Source: Planctomycetota bacterium
GTDB taxonomy: Bacteria; Planctomycetota; JAJSAM01; JAJVHW01
Direction of reading: 5' to 3'
DNA length: 64,000 bases
NCBI GenBank assembly: GCA_965248445.1
Contig: CBDFJG010000003.1
Span: 785,081 to 849,080, forward strand
Shown here in pieces: positions 23,227-33,551 of this stretch (its first letter is position 1; the number at the start of each line of letters is the position of its first letter). The notes beneath the pieces were generated by a model. It made no database searches, was not told the origin of the DNA, and saw nothing but the letters and a program-made list of their open reading frames with translations. The position numbers and the translations under genes were made by a program.

Positions 23227-24542
23227 CAGACCTCCACCGCCTCACGCCGTTCGCGCTGCGCCTTCCACACCGGTGAACCGCCGTTCGCGACCGCCTGCAC
23301 GAAGTCATCGCGAAAGTGCTCCAGAAACGACTTGGTCGGCATGACGGCGGAGTCGGCCAGGAAACAGATCGTCTTGCCGGCTTGCGCGCCGCCGATCGTG
23401 TCGGCGACGCGGTCGAGCAGATCGATGTCGCTGTCCTTGCCCTCACCCTTCCAGATGCGCTCCACGAGTTTCTCCAGCCAGCCCGTGCCCTCCCGGCACG
23501 GCGTGCACTGGCCGCAACTCTCGTGGTGGTAGAACTGCATCAGGTTGAGCAGCGCGTCCACCATGCAAGTGGTGTCGTCCATCACGATGACCCCCGCGGC
23601 GCCCGCGAGACTCCCCGCGTCCTTGACCGCGCCGTACGTGAACGGCACGTCGATGGCCGACGCCGGCATCACGGGGACCGACGAACCGCCGGGGATGACG
23701 GCCTTGAGCGCGCGGCCCTTCCACACGCCACCAGCGTGTTCGTCGATCAAGTCGCGGATGGTCGTCTTCGCCGGGTCGATCTCGACGTGGCACGGGTTCT
23801 CGACGTGTCCGCTGATGCCGACAAGACGGGTGCCGGTCGTGTCCTCGTCGCCGATCGCCTTGAAGCCCTCGACGCCGAGTTCGATGATCGGCGGCACGCA
23901 GGCGAGCGTCTCGACGTTGTTGATGATCGTCGGACAGCGCCAGAGGCCCTCGACCGCCGGGAACGGCGGCTTGATCTTCGGATACCCGCGTCCGCCTTCG
24001 AGCGATGAGAGGAGTCCCGTCTCCTCTCCGCAGATGTACGCGCCCGCGCCCGGGTGGACCCAGACGTCGCACCGCCAGCCGGAACCCATGACGTTCGCAC
24101 CGACGTGGCCGCTCTCGCGCGCCTCGACGAGCGCCGCCTCGAGCGCCTCGATCGAATGCGGGTACTCGCCGCGCACGTAGATGAACGCGGCCTCTGCACC
24201 GATCGCCTTGCAGGCGATCAGGCAGCCCTCGATCAGCAGGTGCGGCACGCGTTCCATGATCTGCCGGTCCTTGAAGCACCCCGGCTCGGACTCGTCGGCG
24301 TTGCACGCGAGGTAGGCCGGCTTGCCAGTGCCCTTCGGGACGAAGCTCCACTTGCGCCCTGCCGGGAAGCCCGCGCCGCCGCGGCCGCGCACGCCGGCCT
24401 GCAGGACCTGCTGCGTGATCGCGTCCGGCTCCATGCCGAGCGCCCGGCGCAGCGCGCCGTACCCGCCGTGCGACGCGTACTGCTCGAGGGTCTCGCGTGA
24501 CCCGATCGGCGGCGCGTGCTGCATGAGGAGCGAGTGAATCAC
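23226..24542 (-). CDS. nuoF: NADH-quinone oxidoreductase subunit F
   Basis: FMN/NADH-binding motifs (GRGGAGFPAG), a 4Fe-4S motif (CGQCTPCREG). 438 aa. Confidence 0.95.
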   Translation of the reverse strand: MIHSLLMQHAPPIGSRETLEQYASHGGYGALRRALGMEPDAITQQVLQAGVRGRGGAGFPAGRKWSFVPKGTGKPAYLACNADESEPGCFKDRQIMERVPHLLIEGCLIACKAIGAEAAFIYVRGEYPHSIEALEAALVEARESGHVGANVMGSGWRCDVWVHPGAGAYICGEETGLLSSLEGGRGYPKIKPPFPAVEGLWRCPTIINNVETLACVPPIIELGVEGFKAIGDEDTTGTRLVGISGHVENPCHVEIDPAKTTIRDLIDEHAGGVWKGRALKAVIPGGSSVPVMPASAIDVPFTYGAVKDAGSLAGAAGVIVMDDTTCMVDALLNLMQFYHHESCGQCTPCREGTGWLEKLVERIWKGEGKDSDIDLLDRVADTIGGAQAGKTICFLADSAVMPTKSFLEHFRDDFVQAVANGGSPVWKAQRERREAVEV

Positions 24543-25102
24543 TTGGCCCCTCCCACCCCGACACGATGCCCCTCGAGCGCCTCGATCGCTTGCGCCGAGT
24601 CAACGGGGCCGTGACGCGCGAACTGCTCGCCGGAGAGAACGAGAATGCACGGAGCCATGTCGCAGAGGCCGAGGCACTCCGCCGGCTCGATCGTGAACTC
24701 GCCGTCCTCCGTCGTGCCGCCCAACTCGATGCCGTAGCGGTCCTCGAGCGCGTCGATCACCTCCTGCGCGCCGCGCAGCCGGCACGAGAGTGTCTTGCAC
24801 ACCATGACCACCGACCGGCCGATCGGCCCGTCGCGGAACATGGTGTAGAAGGTGATCACGCCCTCGACGTGCGCTCGTGGGACACGCAGGTACTCCGCGA
24901 CGTCCTCGATCGAGCTCGGCGTCAGCCATCCCCGCGCGTTCTGCACGACCCAGAGGACCGGAAGCATCGCCGCCGCGCGCTCCGGGTAACGCCTCACGAT
25001 CGGATCGAGGCGTGCACGCAGACTCTCGAACGACGCCTTCGCGTCGGCGGCGGCACACTCCTCGGCGGAGGGCGGGGCGGCGTGGATGCCGGCGCCGCTC
25101 AC
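24539..25102 (-). CDS. nuoE: NADH-quinone oxidoreductase subunit E
   Basis: Thioredoxin-like 2Fe-2S ferredoxin (CKTLSC...CLGLCDMAPC). The GTG start forms a GTGA overlap with the nuoD stop. The 172-codon 5' extension was rejected. Confidence 0.9.
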   Translation of the reverse strand: MSGAGIHAAPPSAEECAAADAKASFESLRARLDPIVRRYPERAAAMLPVLWVVQNARGWLTPSSIEDVAEYLRVPRAHVEGVITFYTMFRDGPIGRSVVMVCKTLSCRLRGAQEVIDALEDRYGIELGGTTEDGEFTIEPAECLGLCDMAPCILVLSGEQFARHGPVDSAQAIEALEGHRVGVGGAK

Positions 25103-26361
25103 CGGTCGCACTCCCCCATCACGAAGTCGAGGCTGCCGAGGATCGCAACGGTGTCGGCCACCATCGCGTTCTTGAACACGTGCGGAATCACCGAGAGGTT
25201 CACGAACGACGGCGCCCGCATGCGCAGGCGGAACGGGCGCCCGGTTCCGTCGGTCTTCACGTAGAAGCCGAGCTCGCCCTTCGGGTTCTCGAAGCCGAAG
25301 TACCGCTCGCCCGGCGGAAGCGCCGGCCCCTCCGTCACGACCATGAACTGGTGGATCAGTTCCTCCATGCTCGTGAGGACCTTCGTCTTGTCGGGCAGCG
25401 TGATCTTGAAGTTCTCGACGGAAATCGGCCCGCCGGGCAGCCCCTCGATCGCCTGTTCGAGGATGCGCGCGCTCTCCTTGATCTCGCCGATCCGGCAGAG
25501 GTACCGGTCGTAGGCGTCGCCGTGTTCGCCGACCGGCACGTCGAACTCGTAGTTCTCGTAGCCGAGGTACGGCTGCTCCTTGCGCAGGTCCCACTCGACG
25601 CCCGACGCGCGGAGACACGGCCCGGTCAGGCCGTACGACATGGCGATGTCCTTCGGGAGGACGCCCACGCCGACGAGCCGGTCCACCCAGATGCGGTTCC
25701 TTGTGAGGAGGTTCTCGACGTCCTCCTTCACGCGCTTCGGAATCTCGCGTGCGAAGCGCAGCACCGCGTCGGCCCAGCCTTCCGGTAAATTGCGCGCCAG
25801 TCCGCCGACTCGCGTGTAGCTCACGGTGAAGCGGGCGCCGGTGAGCGACTCCATGAAGTCGTAGATGCGCTCGCGTTCGCGGAAGCAGTACAGGAAGACG
25901 GTCATGGCCCCGACGTCCATGGCGAATGCGCCGAGTCCGAGCAGGTGCGCGCTGATGCGGCCTAGTTCGCAGCAGATCACGCGGATGGCCTGGCCGCGCG
26001 GCGGGAGCACGATCCCGTTCACCGACTCGATCCCCATCGCCACCGCGATGTTGTTGGAGATGGGCGCGAGATAGTCCATCCGGTCCGTGTAGGGGATGAA
26101 CTTGTTGTAGCCGTACGTCTCCGCAATCTTCTCCATGCCGCGGTGCAGGTAGCCGAGGTCCGGTTCGGCCCTCACGATGCGCTCGCCGTCGAGGTCGAGG
26201 ACGATGCGCAGCACGCCGTGCGTCGAGGGGTGTGACGGCCCCATGTTCAGCGTCATGTACTCGCCGTCGGGATCGTGGCGCAGCGCCGTCGAGCCGGCAT
26301 CCGCAGGAGTCAGCGTGTGCGCCAGCGGATTGTCGTCCACCGTCGGGCGTGAGGTCGCCAC
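25099..26361 (-). CDS. nuoD: NADH-quinone oxidoreductase subunit D
   Basis: MTLNMGPSHPSTHGVLRIVLDLDGE resembles the [NiFe]-hydrogenase large subunit. The GTG start lies 2 nt after the nuoC stop. It is a separate gene, not fused to nuoC. Confidence 0.9.
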   Translation of the reverse strand: MATSRPTVDDNPLAHTLTPADAGSTALRHDPDGEYMTLNMGPSHPSTHGVLRIVLDLDGERIVRAEPDLGYLHRGMEKIAETYGYNKFIPYTDRMDYLAPISNNIAVAMGIESVNGIVLPPRGQAIRVICCELGRISAHLLGLGAFAMDVGAMTVFLYCFRERERIYDFMESLTGARFTVSYTRVGGLARNLPEGWADAVLRFAREIPKRVKEDVENLLTRNRIWVDRLVGVGVLPKDIAMSYGLTGPCLRASGVEWDLRKEQPYLGYENYEFDVPVGEHGDAYDRYLCRIGEIKESARILEQAIEGLPGGPISVENFKITLPDKTKVLTSMEELIHQFMVVTEGPALPPGERYFGFENPKGELGFYVKTDGTGRPFRLRMRAPSFVNLSVIPHVFKNAMVADTVAILGSLDFVMGECDR

Positions 26362-26363
26362 GG

Positions 26364-26921
26364 TTACTCCTCCACTCTCTGCGCGCGGGCGATGCACCAC
26401 TCGGCCCACTCGCGGTCGCTCATGCGGCCTTCCATCGGGAAGTCCTTGCGCAGGGGGAAGTCCTGGAAGATCTCCGGCATCATGATTCGCGTGAGGTTCG
26501 GGTGACCGCGGAACTCGATGCCGAACATGTCGTAGCACTCGCGCTCGAGCCAGTTGGCCGTTGCGTAGACGCCGGCGAGGCTCGGCGCCCAGATGTCCTC
26601 CTCGGGCACCTTGACCTTGAGCACCAGTTCCTGCCGCAGGCTCATGCTGCGCAGCACGTAGATCGCGCGGAAGCGCGGCTCCTCGCCGTAGTGGTCCAGC
26701 CCGGTCACGTCGATGAGGAAGTCGAAGCGGAGCGAAGGCTCGTCACGGAGGAACGCGATCATGTCGAGCAGCGGCTCACGGGACGATAGTTCGACGCGCC
26801 ATTGGCCGGCGTTCTCAACCGCCTCGTCAACGGCGTCCGGCCACCGCTTCCGCAGTGCGCGAACGGCAGCCGATTCCGTGGACGCGTCGGAAACAGCGGG
26901 AGAAGAAACGCCGTCGGTCAC
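26364..26921 (-). CDS. nuoC: NADH-quinone oxidoreductase subunit C
   Basis: 185 aa carrying the 30-kDa subunit signature ...YDMFGIEFRGHPNLTRI. Confidence 0.9.
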   Translation of the reverse strand: MTDGVSSPAVSDASTESAAVRALRKRWPDAVDEAVENAGQWRVELSSREPLLDMIAFLRDEPSLRFDFLIDVTGLDHYGEEPRFRAIYVLRSMSLRQELVLKVKVPEEDIWAPSLAGVYATANWLERECYDMFGIEFRGHPNLTRIMMPEIFQDFPLRKDFPMEGRMSDREWAEWCIARAQRVEE

Positions 26922-26929
26922 GTGGTGCT

Positions 26930-27472
26930 CTAGTCCTTCTTCTCACCGCCGACGATGGCGGTGACACCGAGGCCCTTGTGGGCGCGCTCTTCGCTGATCG
27001 TCTTCTGCAGCTGGATGATCGCGTTCAGCACCATCTCCGGACGCGGCGGGCACCCGGGGATGTAGTAGTCCACCGGCACGACGTGGTCGATCCCCTGCAT
27101 CACCGGGTAGCTGCGGAACATGCCGCCGGTGGAGGCGCAGGCACCCATGGCCATGACCCACTTCGGCTCGGCCATCTGGTCGTACAAGCGACGGCACGCC
27201 TCGCCCATCTTGTAGGTCAGCGTCCCGGCCACGAGCATCAGGTCGGCCTGTTTCGGGGAGAAGCGCGCCACCTCGGCGCCGAAGCGCGCCATGTCGAAGC
27301 GCGACGCCGCGGTGGCCATGAACTCGATCGCGCAGCACGACAGCCCGAGGGGCAGCGGCCAGATCGAGTTGCGGCGGGCCCAGTTGATCACCGAATCGAC
27401 GCGGGTGAGGAGGGCCCCGCCCTCTTCCTGGGACTCGCCTACGTGGAGCGCGGTCAGTTTTCTTTGTGCCAT
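26930..27472 (-). CDS. nuoB: NADH-quinone oxidoreductase subunit B
   Basis: LSCCAIEFMA...GACASTGGMF...GCPPRPE (N2 cluster ligands). Internal start MAQRKLTAL, overlapping the nuoA stop by 17 nt. Confidence 0.9.
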   Translation of the reverse strand: MAQRKLTALHVGESQEEGGALLTRVDSVINWARRNSIWPLPLGLSCCAIEFMATAASRFDMARFGAEVARFSPKQADLMLVAGTLTYKMGEACRRLYDQMAEPKWVMAMGACASTGGMFRSYPVMQGIDHVVPVDYYIPGCPPRPEMVLNAIIQLQKTISEERAHKGLGVTAIVGGEKKD

Positions 27473-27858
27473 TCCAGCACCCCTTTCTTCACGACATACA
27501 CCCAGCCGAGGAAGAGCACGAGCACGAACGCCGCAGCCTCGGCCATCAGGAGCCCGCTGCCCGGGAAGCTCGCCCGGTCGGTGCCGACGTTGCCGAACGA
27601 GACCGCCCACGGGTACATGAACACGACCTCGACGTCGAACAGGATGAAGAGCATCGCGACGATGTAGAACTTCACGCTGAATCGTGCGTGCGCCTCGGTC
27701 TTGATGGGCATGCCGCACTCGTACGGCGTGTTTTTCACCCGGTTCTGCCGGCCGCGCTGCCCCAGGATCGCCGAGACGCCGAGCGAGCCCACGGCGAAGA
27801 GGACGCCGAAGAGCGCCATCAGGAGCACCGGCAGGTAGGGGTGAGTCTGCGCTGGCAT
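27454..27858 (-). CDS. nuoA: NADH-quinone oxidoreductase subunit A
   Basis: 134 aa with 3 TM helices; conserved ND3 motif PYECG; first gene of the operon. Confidence 0.9.
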   Translation of the reverse strand: MPAQTHPYLPVLLMALFGVLFAVGSLGVSAILGQRGRQNRVKNTPYECGMPIKTEAHARFSVKFYIVAMLFILFDVEVVFMYPWAVSFGNVGTDRASFPGSGLLMAEAAAFVLVLFLGWVYVVKKGVLEWHKEN

Positions 27859-28461
27859 GAGGCTGGACCCGGCCGGCCCGATCGCTGACGGTCAGGAGCC
27901 GCGGCCTTCGCCGCGCAGAGGGCCGTCGCCGCCCGCGCGCGCGAAGGGTGTGGGCGAACCGTAAGTAGGAAGCGGCAGGCGGCCAAGCACATTTCGCCGG
28001 GTCGCGGAGCCTCCGGGGGAGCAGCTCCGAGGGGCGAGCTAGCCGACGCTCGGAGAGCGCTCTACAGGCACGTTGTCGGCTTCGGCGAGTGGGACCCGCG
28101 GCGGCGCCTCGGCTGCTTCGCGGGCGTCGTCGATGAGCTGACCGGCGCGGTCGAATCGAGCGCCGGGTCGAGGCGAGCGTCGCCCGCCGTGTCGGTGGAC
28201 GGGAGCCGCTGCGCGAGTCGCATTCGCGGCGGCCCGGACGCCGCCCGGGGCCCCGACCACACATGGCTCCCGGGGGCGCCGGCTGCACCACAGTCTTCGG
28301 GTCTCCACGAAGGCCGCCTTAGGCTCGCCTCGGGAGGATTCGACGTTTCTCGACGTGAGAGTGCGTCCGCGGCTCGCCGCGTCTCAATCCGGGAATCCGG
28401 AGGACAGATTTCTTCTCCCGGTAGCGCGTGTGACCGCGGTCGTCGCGTCGCGACGGGGAGG
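27859..28461 (-). promoter_or_regulatory. ~600-bp non-coding leader/promoter region upstream of nuoA
   Basis: No credible ORF is present (only Arg/Pro-rich frames). The region sits between the stop of the M1 peptidase gene and the nuoA start. Confidence 0.3.
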
Positions 28462-31296
28462 TCAGGCAGCCTTTTTGGCGGCCGGTTTCTTCGGCTTCGG
28501 CACGTTGACACCGATCGCTCGGAGCTCGTTCTCGATGCGCTTGACCTCGGCCACCGCCGCCTTCCGCTCCCGCTCGACTCGTTGTCGGTCTTCGGGCCGG
28601 GCGAAGCGGGCCGTCTCGAGAGTCCGCTTCAGCCCGTCGGCGCGAGCGCGCGCGGTCTCTAGCCGCCCGATGATCAAGAGGCCCTGCACGGCGAGGACGG
28701 TCACGGGACGTCGGTCGGTCACGGCCTTGTTCCGGACGGCCCGGAGGGCGCGTGAGATCGCGCCGCGCGTGCCCCGCCAGGGCTCGCGGGCGTGGGCGGC
28801 GACCAGCACGGGAACCGTCGAGGGGTCCGCCAGCGTGGCCAGCGAGCGCGCCGCCTGCGTGCGGAGTCCCCGCCTGGCATCCGCGAGGAACGGCAGCACG
28901 ACGTCAACCGCGCCCTCACGGTCCTTCCCGAGCCTGCCGAGAGCAGCCACGGCGGCAGCGCGCGCGTCCGGCGGCGCGCCCGGGGCCGCGTAGCCGGCGG
29001 CGATGTCGAACCCGCGGGGGTCGCCGAGGGTCGCGAGGCCGCGGAGTGCTGCGCTCCTCACGAACCCGCGCCATCCCGGGCGATCGAGCGCCGCGACCAT
29101 CACGTCGAACACGCCGTCGCCCTTGAGCCGAGACAGCGACGTGAGCGCTGCGGCCCTCACGAGGTCGTTCGGGTCCGCCGCACGGCGGACGAGTTCCTGC
29201 CGGACGTCATCCGACTCCTTGAACGCGCGCAGCCGCTCCAGCACGCGGAGCCGGACACGCAGGTCCGGGTCGTCGCGCAGCACGGACAACAGCAGAGCGG
29301 CATTCTCGGCGCTCGCGGGTCGCCACAACGAGTTCACCGCAGCCAGGCGCAGGTGATGCGACGCGTCCTCGCGCACGATGCGCACAAGAGTGTCTCGAGC
29401 GGCGCGCTTCACGTCCTCGGTCGCCTTCTTGTCGTTCAGCCGGGACGATATCTTGCGGATGGCGTCGAGGCGTTCCGCGGTCGAAGGCGCGGTGCGCAGC
29501 AACCGGTCCCACTCGTCCGGCCGGCGCTCGACGTCCACTTTCGCGAGCAGGCCACGAGCCGGGTCGAAGCGCACGGTGTCGGGCGGACCGGCGAGCGAGA
29601 TGCGGAACTCGTGACTCCGCTCCGTGAGCGCGAACCGGCGGCGAACGGTGGGCGCGCCGGCGCGGTCCACCTCGACGTCGAGTGGCAGCCGGTACGCGGC
29701 CGGCGTGCCGTCCTTCGCATCGTGCGCCTGCTCCGCGCGCACGACGACCTGGCGCGTTCCCGCATCCCATGACCAAGAGAGCTTCAGGTGAGGCCGGCCG
29801 GGCACGCGGAACCACTGGTCGAAGAACCATGACAGGTCCGCTCCATACGCAGCTGAAGCGGACCTCTCGAAGTCCTCGGTCGTCACCGGGCCGCCCGCGT
29901 GGTCGGCGACGTAGCGGCGCACGATCGCCTTGAACTTCTCGGTCCCCACCTCGACGCGCAGTGCGTGCAGACGTGCGGCCCCGCCGCCGTACGCATGGCC
30001 ATCGAAGAAGAGGTCGAACGGCTTGGCGTAGACGTCGGAGACGACCGGGCGGCGCGACCTGACCGCGGCACCGGCCGCGCCCGCCATCGTGCCGCGCATC
30101 CCCACGAGGAAGTCGTCGGTGCCGCCGTCGTGCTCGCGCCAGAGATGGGTGAAGTACGTGGCAAAGCCCTCGTTCAGCCAAACGTGAGACCAGTGCTTGC
30201 AGGTCATCAGGTCGCCGAACCACTGGTGCGCGCCCTCGTGAGCAACCAGGCTGTGGCTCGTCCTGGACGGCTCCCACTCCGGTGGGTGAATGGTCCCGCT
30301 CGTCAGCGTCGTAGCGCTGATGTTCTCCATGCCGCCGAACATGAACTCGCGGACGCAGCACTGCGCGTACTTGGCGTACGGGTACGGCCGTCCCGTGTAG
30401 TCGCCGAAGAACTCGAGAATGCGCTGAGTGTTGCGCAGCGAGTACGCGACGTGCTCCGTGTCGCGCGCCGAGACCCAGTACTCGAGAGGGACGGCCCCGT
30501 CCTCAGCCGTGATCTCGTACTCCCCCGCCACGAACGTGGTCAGGTAGGTCACGTGGGCGTTGTCCATCCTGTAGTGCCACGTGCGGCGTGCGCCGGGCAG
30601 GTCCTCGACGTCGGTGCGCACTCCCGCCGCGGACACGGACATGTGGTCGGGCACCGTCACGTGGATCGCGTGCGTCGCGACGTCGTCGGGGAAGTCGTGG
30701 CACGGCATCCAGTGACGCGTGTCCTCGCACTCGCCTTGTGTGAACGCCTGAAGAGGAGCGTCGGGGTGCGCAGCCGTGGACGAGTTGAAGTACACACCCG
30801 CCGTGGGCCGCGCCGCGTACCTGATCGAGTAGCGCCGTTCCGTCCCCGCTCTCGATCCGCCGGGCAGCGGGATGGCCAGCACGCGCCCGTCGTAGTCGAA
30901 CGGCACGGCCGCACCTTGTCCGTTCGTGACGGTACGCACGTCGAGTTCGACCGCGTCGAGCAAGAGCGCGTGGTGTCCGTCGGCCGCATCGGTGATGTCG
31001 ATGGTGACCCTGCCGCCAAGCGCCTCGAGGTCGAAGTCGAGTTCGACGGCGATGTCGTCGTTCGTCACGTCGAAGCCCCAGACGGGCTGCGGATGGGCGA
31101 CCTTCTTCGGCGCGACGGGGTCCTCGGGCAGACGGTCGTCGAACGGGCGCGCAGGGTCCGGCTGGACTCGTTGCAGCAACAGCGGCTCCGGCATGGGACC
31201 GCGGAACACGGGAAGTGCCTCCGGGGCGGCCGCCGCGCAGGCGCCCGTGACCGCGAGGCAGACGGCGAGACTCAGGATCGGCGGAGTGGGTCTCAC
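28462..31296 (-). CDS. Secreted M1-family aminopeptidase (aminopeptidase N-like) with C-terminal HEAT repeats and a Lys-rich tail
   Basis: A signal peptide plus Cys follows the GTG start (VRPTPPILSLAVCLAVTGAC). Gluzincin motifs are HEGAHQWFG...WLNEGFATY. The C-terminus has PBS-lyase-type HEAT repeats and ends KPKKPAAKKAA. The GTG start overlaps the kinase stop (GTGA). The 190-codon Arg-rich extension was rejected. Confidence 0.8.
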   Translation of the reverse strand: MRPTPPILSLAVCLAVTGACAAAAPEALPVFRGPMPEPLLLQRVQPDPARPFDDRLPEDPVAPKKVAHPQPVWGFDVTNDDIAVELDFDLEALGGRVTIDITDAADGHHALLLDAVELDVRTVTNGQGAAVPFDYDGRVLAIPLPGGSRAGTERRYSIRYAARPTAGVYFNSSTAAHPDAPLQAFTQGECEDTRHWMPCHDFPDDVATHAIHVTVPDHMSVSAAGVRTDVEDLPGARRTWHYRMDNAHVTYLTTFVAGEYEITAEDGAVPLEYWVSARDTEHVAYSLRNTQRILEFFGDYTGRPYPYAKYAQCCVREFMFGGMENISATTLTSGTIHPPEWEPSRTSHSLVAHEGAHQWFGDLMTCKHWSHVWLNEGFATYFTHLWREHDGGTDDFLVGMRGTMAGAAGAAVRSRRPVVSDVYAKPFDLFFDGHAYGGGAARLHALRVEVGTEKFKAIVRRYVADHAGGPVTTEDFERSASAAYGADLSWFFDQWFRVPGRPHLKLSWSWDAGTRQVVVRAEQAHDAKDGTPAAYRLPLDVEVDRAGAPTVRRRFALTERSHEFRISLAGPPDTVRFDPARGLLAKVDVERRPDEWDRLLRTAPSTAERLDAIRKISSRLNDKKATEDVKRAARDTLVRIVREDASHHLRLAAVNSLWRPASAENAALLLSVLRDDPDLRVRLRVLERLRAFKESDDVRQELVRRAADPNDLVRAAALTSLSRLKGDGVFDVMVAALDRPGWRGFVRSAALRGLATLGDPRGFDIAAGYAAPGAPPDARAAAVAALGRLGKDREGAVDVVLPFLADARRGLRTQAARSLATLADPSTVPVLVAAHAREPWRGTRGAISRALRAVRNKAVTDRRPVTVLAVQGLLIIGRLETARARADGLKRTLETARFARPEDRQRVERERKAAVAEVKRIENELRAIGVNVPKPKKPAAKKAA

Positions 31297-32147
31297 CCGA
31301 AGGTCTCGTCGCTCGTGAGCCGTGCGGACACGTCGGCGGCCAACGGCCGCGCCTCGGGCTCCTTGGCCAGCGTGTCGCGAAGCAGCCGCGCGACGCCTCT
31401 CGGGCAGCGCGGATCCACCGCACGCGCGTCGGGGACGCTCTTCTCCAGATGTCCGACGAGCACGTCGAGGAGCGTCGCCCCGACAAAGGGGGCCCGTCCG
31501 GTCAGCGTCCTGAACAGCACGCAGCCGAACGAGTAGATGTCCGCAGGCGTTCCGGGGGTCTGTCCACGCACCTGTTCCGGCGCGATGCTGTGCGCGGTGC
31601 CGAGCACGGTCCCGGTGCGGGTCAGACGGTCGGAATCGGAGAGACGCGCCAAGCCGAAGTCGAACAGACGCGCGCGCGCCGGCGTCCCGGAGGCGATCAA
31701 GATGTTCTGTCCGGAGAGGTCGCGATGGACGACGCCCGCCTCGTGCGCCGCCGCCAGTGCGTCCGCGACTCCGGCCAGCAGACGGCACGCATCCCGGGCG
31801 TATTCGTCGTAGCCCGGCGCGCCCTTGTCCGGGCGGGTCGCGAGCGCCCACTCGGTCAGCAGCCTCCCGTCGAGCAACTCCATCGCGATCCAGGGCGTGG
31901 ACTCTCCGTCCGCCTCGCGCACGCCATGCCCCAGCACCTGCACGATGGCCGGATGCTGCGCGGCGCGGAGAGCGGCCACCTCACGGGCGAACCGTCCATC
32001 CGCGTTGTCCGACGGCGTTTTGCCGTCCAGCAGCTTGATCGCACACGCTTGGCCGGTCTCTCGGTCGCGCGCGCGGAACACGCGGGCGAACGATCCGGCA
32101 CCGAGCGGCGCCAGGAGTTCGAAGCGTCCGCCCACGACCCCACCCAT
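31293..32147 (-). CDS. Serine/threonine protein kinase (catalytic domain only, 284 aa)
   Basis: Hanks-type motifs: GAGSFARVF, AIK, HRDLSGQNIL, DFG, APE. Confidence 0.85.
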   Translation of the reverse strand: MGGVVGGRFELLAPLGAGSFARVFRARDRETGQACAIKLLDGKTPSDNADGRFAREVAALRAAQHPAIVQVLGHGVREADGESTPWIAMELLDGRLLTEWALATRPDKGAPGYDEYARDACRLLAGVADALAAAHEAGVVHRDLSGQNILIASGTPARARLFDFGLARLSDSDRLTRTGTVLGTAHSIAPEQVRGQTPGTPADIYSFGCVLFRTLTGRAPFVGATLLDVLVGHLEKSVPDARAVDPRCPRGVARLLRDTLAKEPEARPLAADVSARLTSDETFG

Positions 32148-32184
32148 AGGCCGCGGAGTCTAGCTTGCCGGCGCTGCGAGTCCG

Positions 32185-33465
32185 CTATCGGCGCAGGAAC
32201 GGTCCGGGGAACTCTCCGGGCGGGTGCGTCGCTTCGCGCGCAGCCTTGCGCAGGCGGGCGGCCTCCGCCTCGCGTCCGGCGTCGCCGGCCGCGAGGGCGT
32301 CCACGAAAAGAACGTCGTTCGTCCGCCCGGCCAGAGTCGCGTAGGCCACGCCCCAGTCGGCCCCGCCGCGCCCCAACAGGCGCGCAGCCATGGCGCGGAC
32401 GAACGATGGCGCCTCTGCGTCTGCCAGCGCCGTCAGTTCCTTCCGCGCCTTCTCCGCATCCCCGGACTCGCGGTGGAGCAGGGCACGCGCGAACGCCATC
32501 TGCCGCGAGACGGCGGGCGGAAGGCTCGCAGCTTCCGTGCGGTCAAGGGCCGTCAGCGCCGCGCTCGCGTTCCGGGTCCCCGCGTGCGCCATCGCCAGGG
32601 CAAACGCCGCGCGCGCGGACGTCCGGCCCTTCCCGGCCCAGCGCGTGGCCGCGGTGACAGCGCGCTCGTAGTCGCCGCAACGCAACAAGGACTCGGTGGC
32701 TTCTCGGACGATGTTGCGGCCGATGGGATCGAGCGGTGCGCCCTGCGCCGCCAGCAACAGGTCAGCGCCGGCCTCATCGAACTTCCCGAGTCGCTCCTTC
32801 GCCAGGCCGCGCACGAGCGCTACATCCGGGTACTGCTGCTCCACGGGGGCAACGAGCTCGAGCGCCTCGCGCGGATCGCGGGCGACGATGGTCGCCGCCA
32901 GTCCCGTGCGCGCGTCGATGGAGTTGGGATCGACCAGGACCGCGTGACGAAGTGTCGTCTCGGCGTCCGCCGTTCGGCCGAGGGCGCGCAGCGCGGCGCC
33001 GTGACCCAGGAGCGTGTCCAGTTCGTCCGGCCAGTGGCGCCGCGCGCGCATGTAGAGCACTTCGGCTTCCTTCGCGCGCCCGGCGGCGAGCAGTTCACCG
33101 GCCGCGTCACGCGCGATGACGGGAGTCTCCTGGTCGAGCATCGCCGCGCGCAACAGGCTGTCGAGCGCTTCGACGTGGCGACCCGACTGCCGGTGCAGGA
33201 TGCCCAGCGCGTGGTGCACAGCGGCCGCCTCCGGCTCCTCGGCGATCAGCTCCCGGAAGATCGTCTCCGCCGCCGCGTCGTCGCCCCGGTCGAACAGCCG
33301 CTGCGCCTCGCGGAATCGCTTCACGTAGCGATCGATGCGGAGCAGCTCGACGGGCGACGGAGGGGCGTCGTCAGTCCCGTCGCCGGGCACCGCGAGCAGC
33401 ACAAGACACGCCGCCAGGGCAGCCGCGATGGGCAGGACGACGTACAGGCGTGCGCGTTTGGCCAC
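32185..33465 (-). CDS. TPR-repeat protein with N-terminal signal/anchor
   Basis: The MAKRARLYVVLPIAAALAACLVLLAV N-terminus is followed by multiple 34-residue TPR-like helical repeats. Confidence 0.7.
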   Translation of the reverse strand: MAKRARLYVVLPIAAALAACLVLLAVPGDGTDDAPPSPVELLRIDRYVKRFREAQRLFDRGDDAAAETIFRELIAEEPEAAAVHHALGILHRQSGRHVEALDSLLRAAMLDQETPVIARDAAGELLAAGRAKEAEVLYMRARRHWPDELDTLLGHGAALRALGRTADAETTLRHAVLVDPNSIDARTGLAATIVARDPREALELVAPVEQQYPDVALVRGLAKERLGKFDEAGADLLLAAQGAPLDPIGRNIVREATESLLRCGDYERAVTAATRWAGKGRTSARAAFALAMAHAGTRNASAALTALDRTEAASLPPAVSRQMAFARALLHRESGDAEKARKELTALADAEAPSFVRAMAARLLGRGGADWGVAYATLAGRTNDVLFVDALAAGDAGREAEAARLRKAAREATHPPGEFPGPFLRR

Positions 33466-33551
33466 GGATTGGGTCCCGGCGGCCTCCTCGGGGAACTACG
33501 CTCCCACCCTCGGCGCCGCCACTCTCGGGATCGGCTGCCCGCGAGGGACAC

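Noticed and set aside
26362-26538. N-terminal extension of the nuoD ORF, and similar extensions of the nuoE (25103..25618), nuoB (27473..28291), nuoJ (19870..20310), M1 peptidase (31297..31851) and M1-M28 (33450..33551) ORFs
   Set aside because: The extensions overlap upstream genes, have non-protein-like composition, and the internal starts match conserved N-termini or signal peptides.
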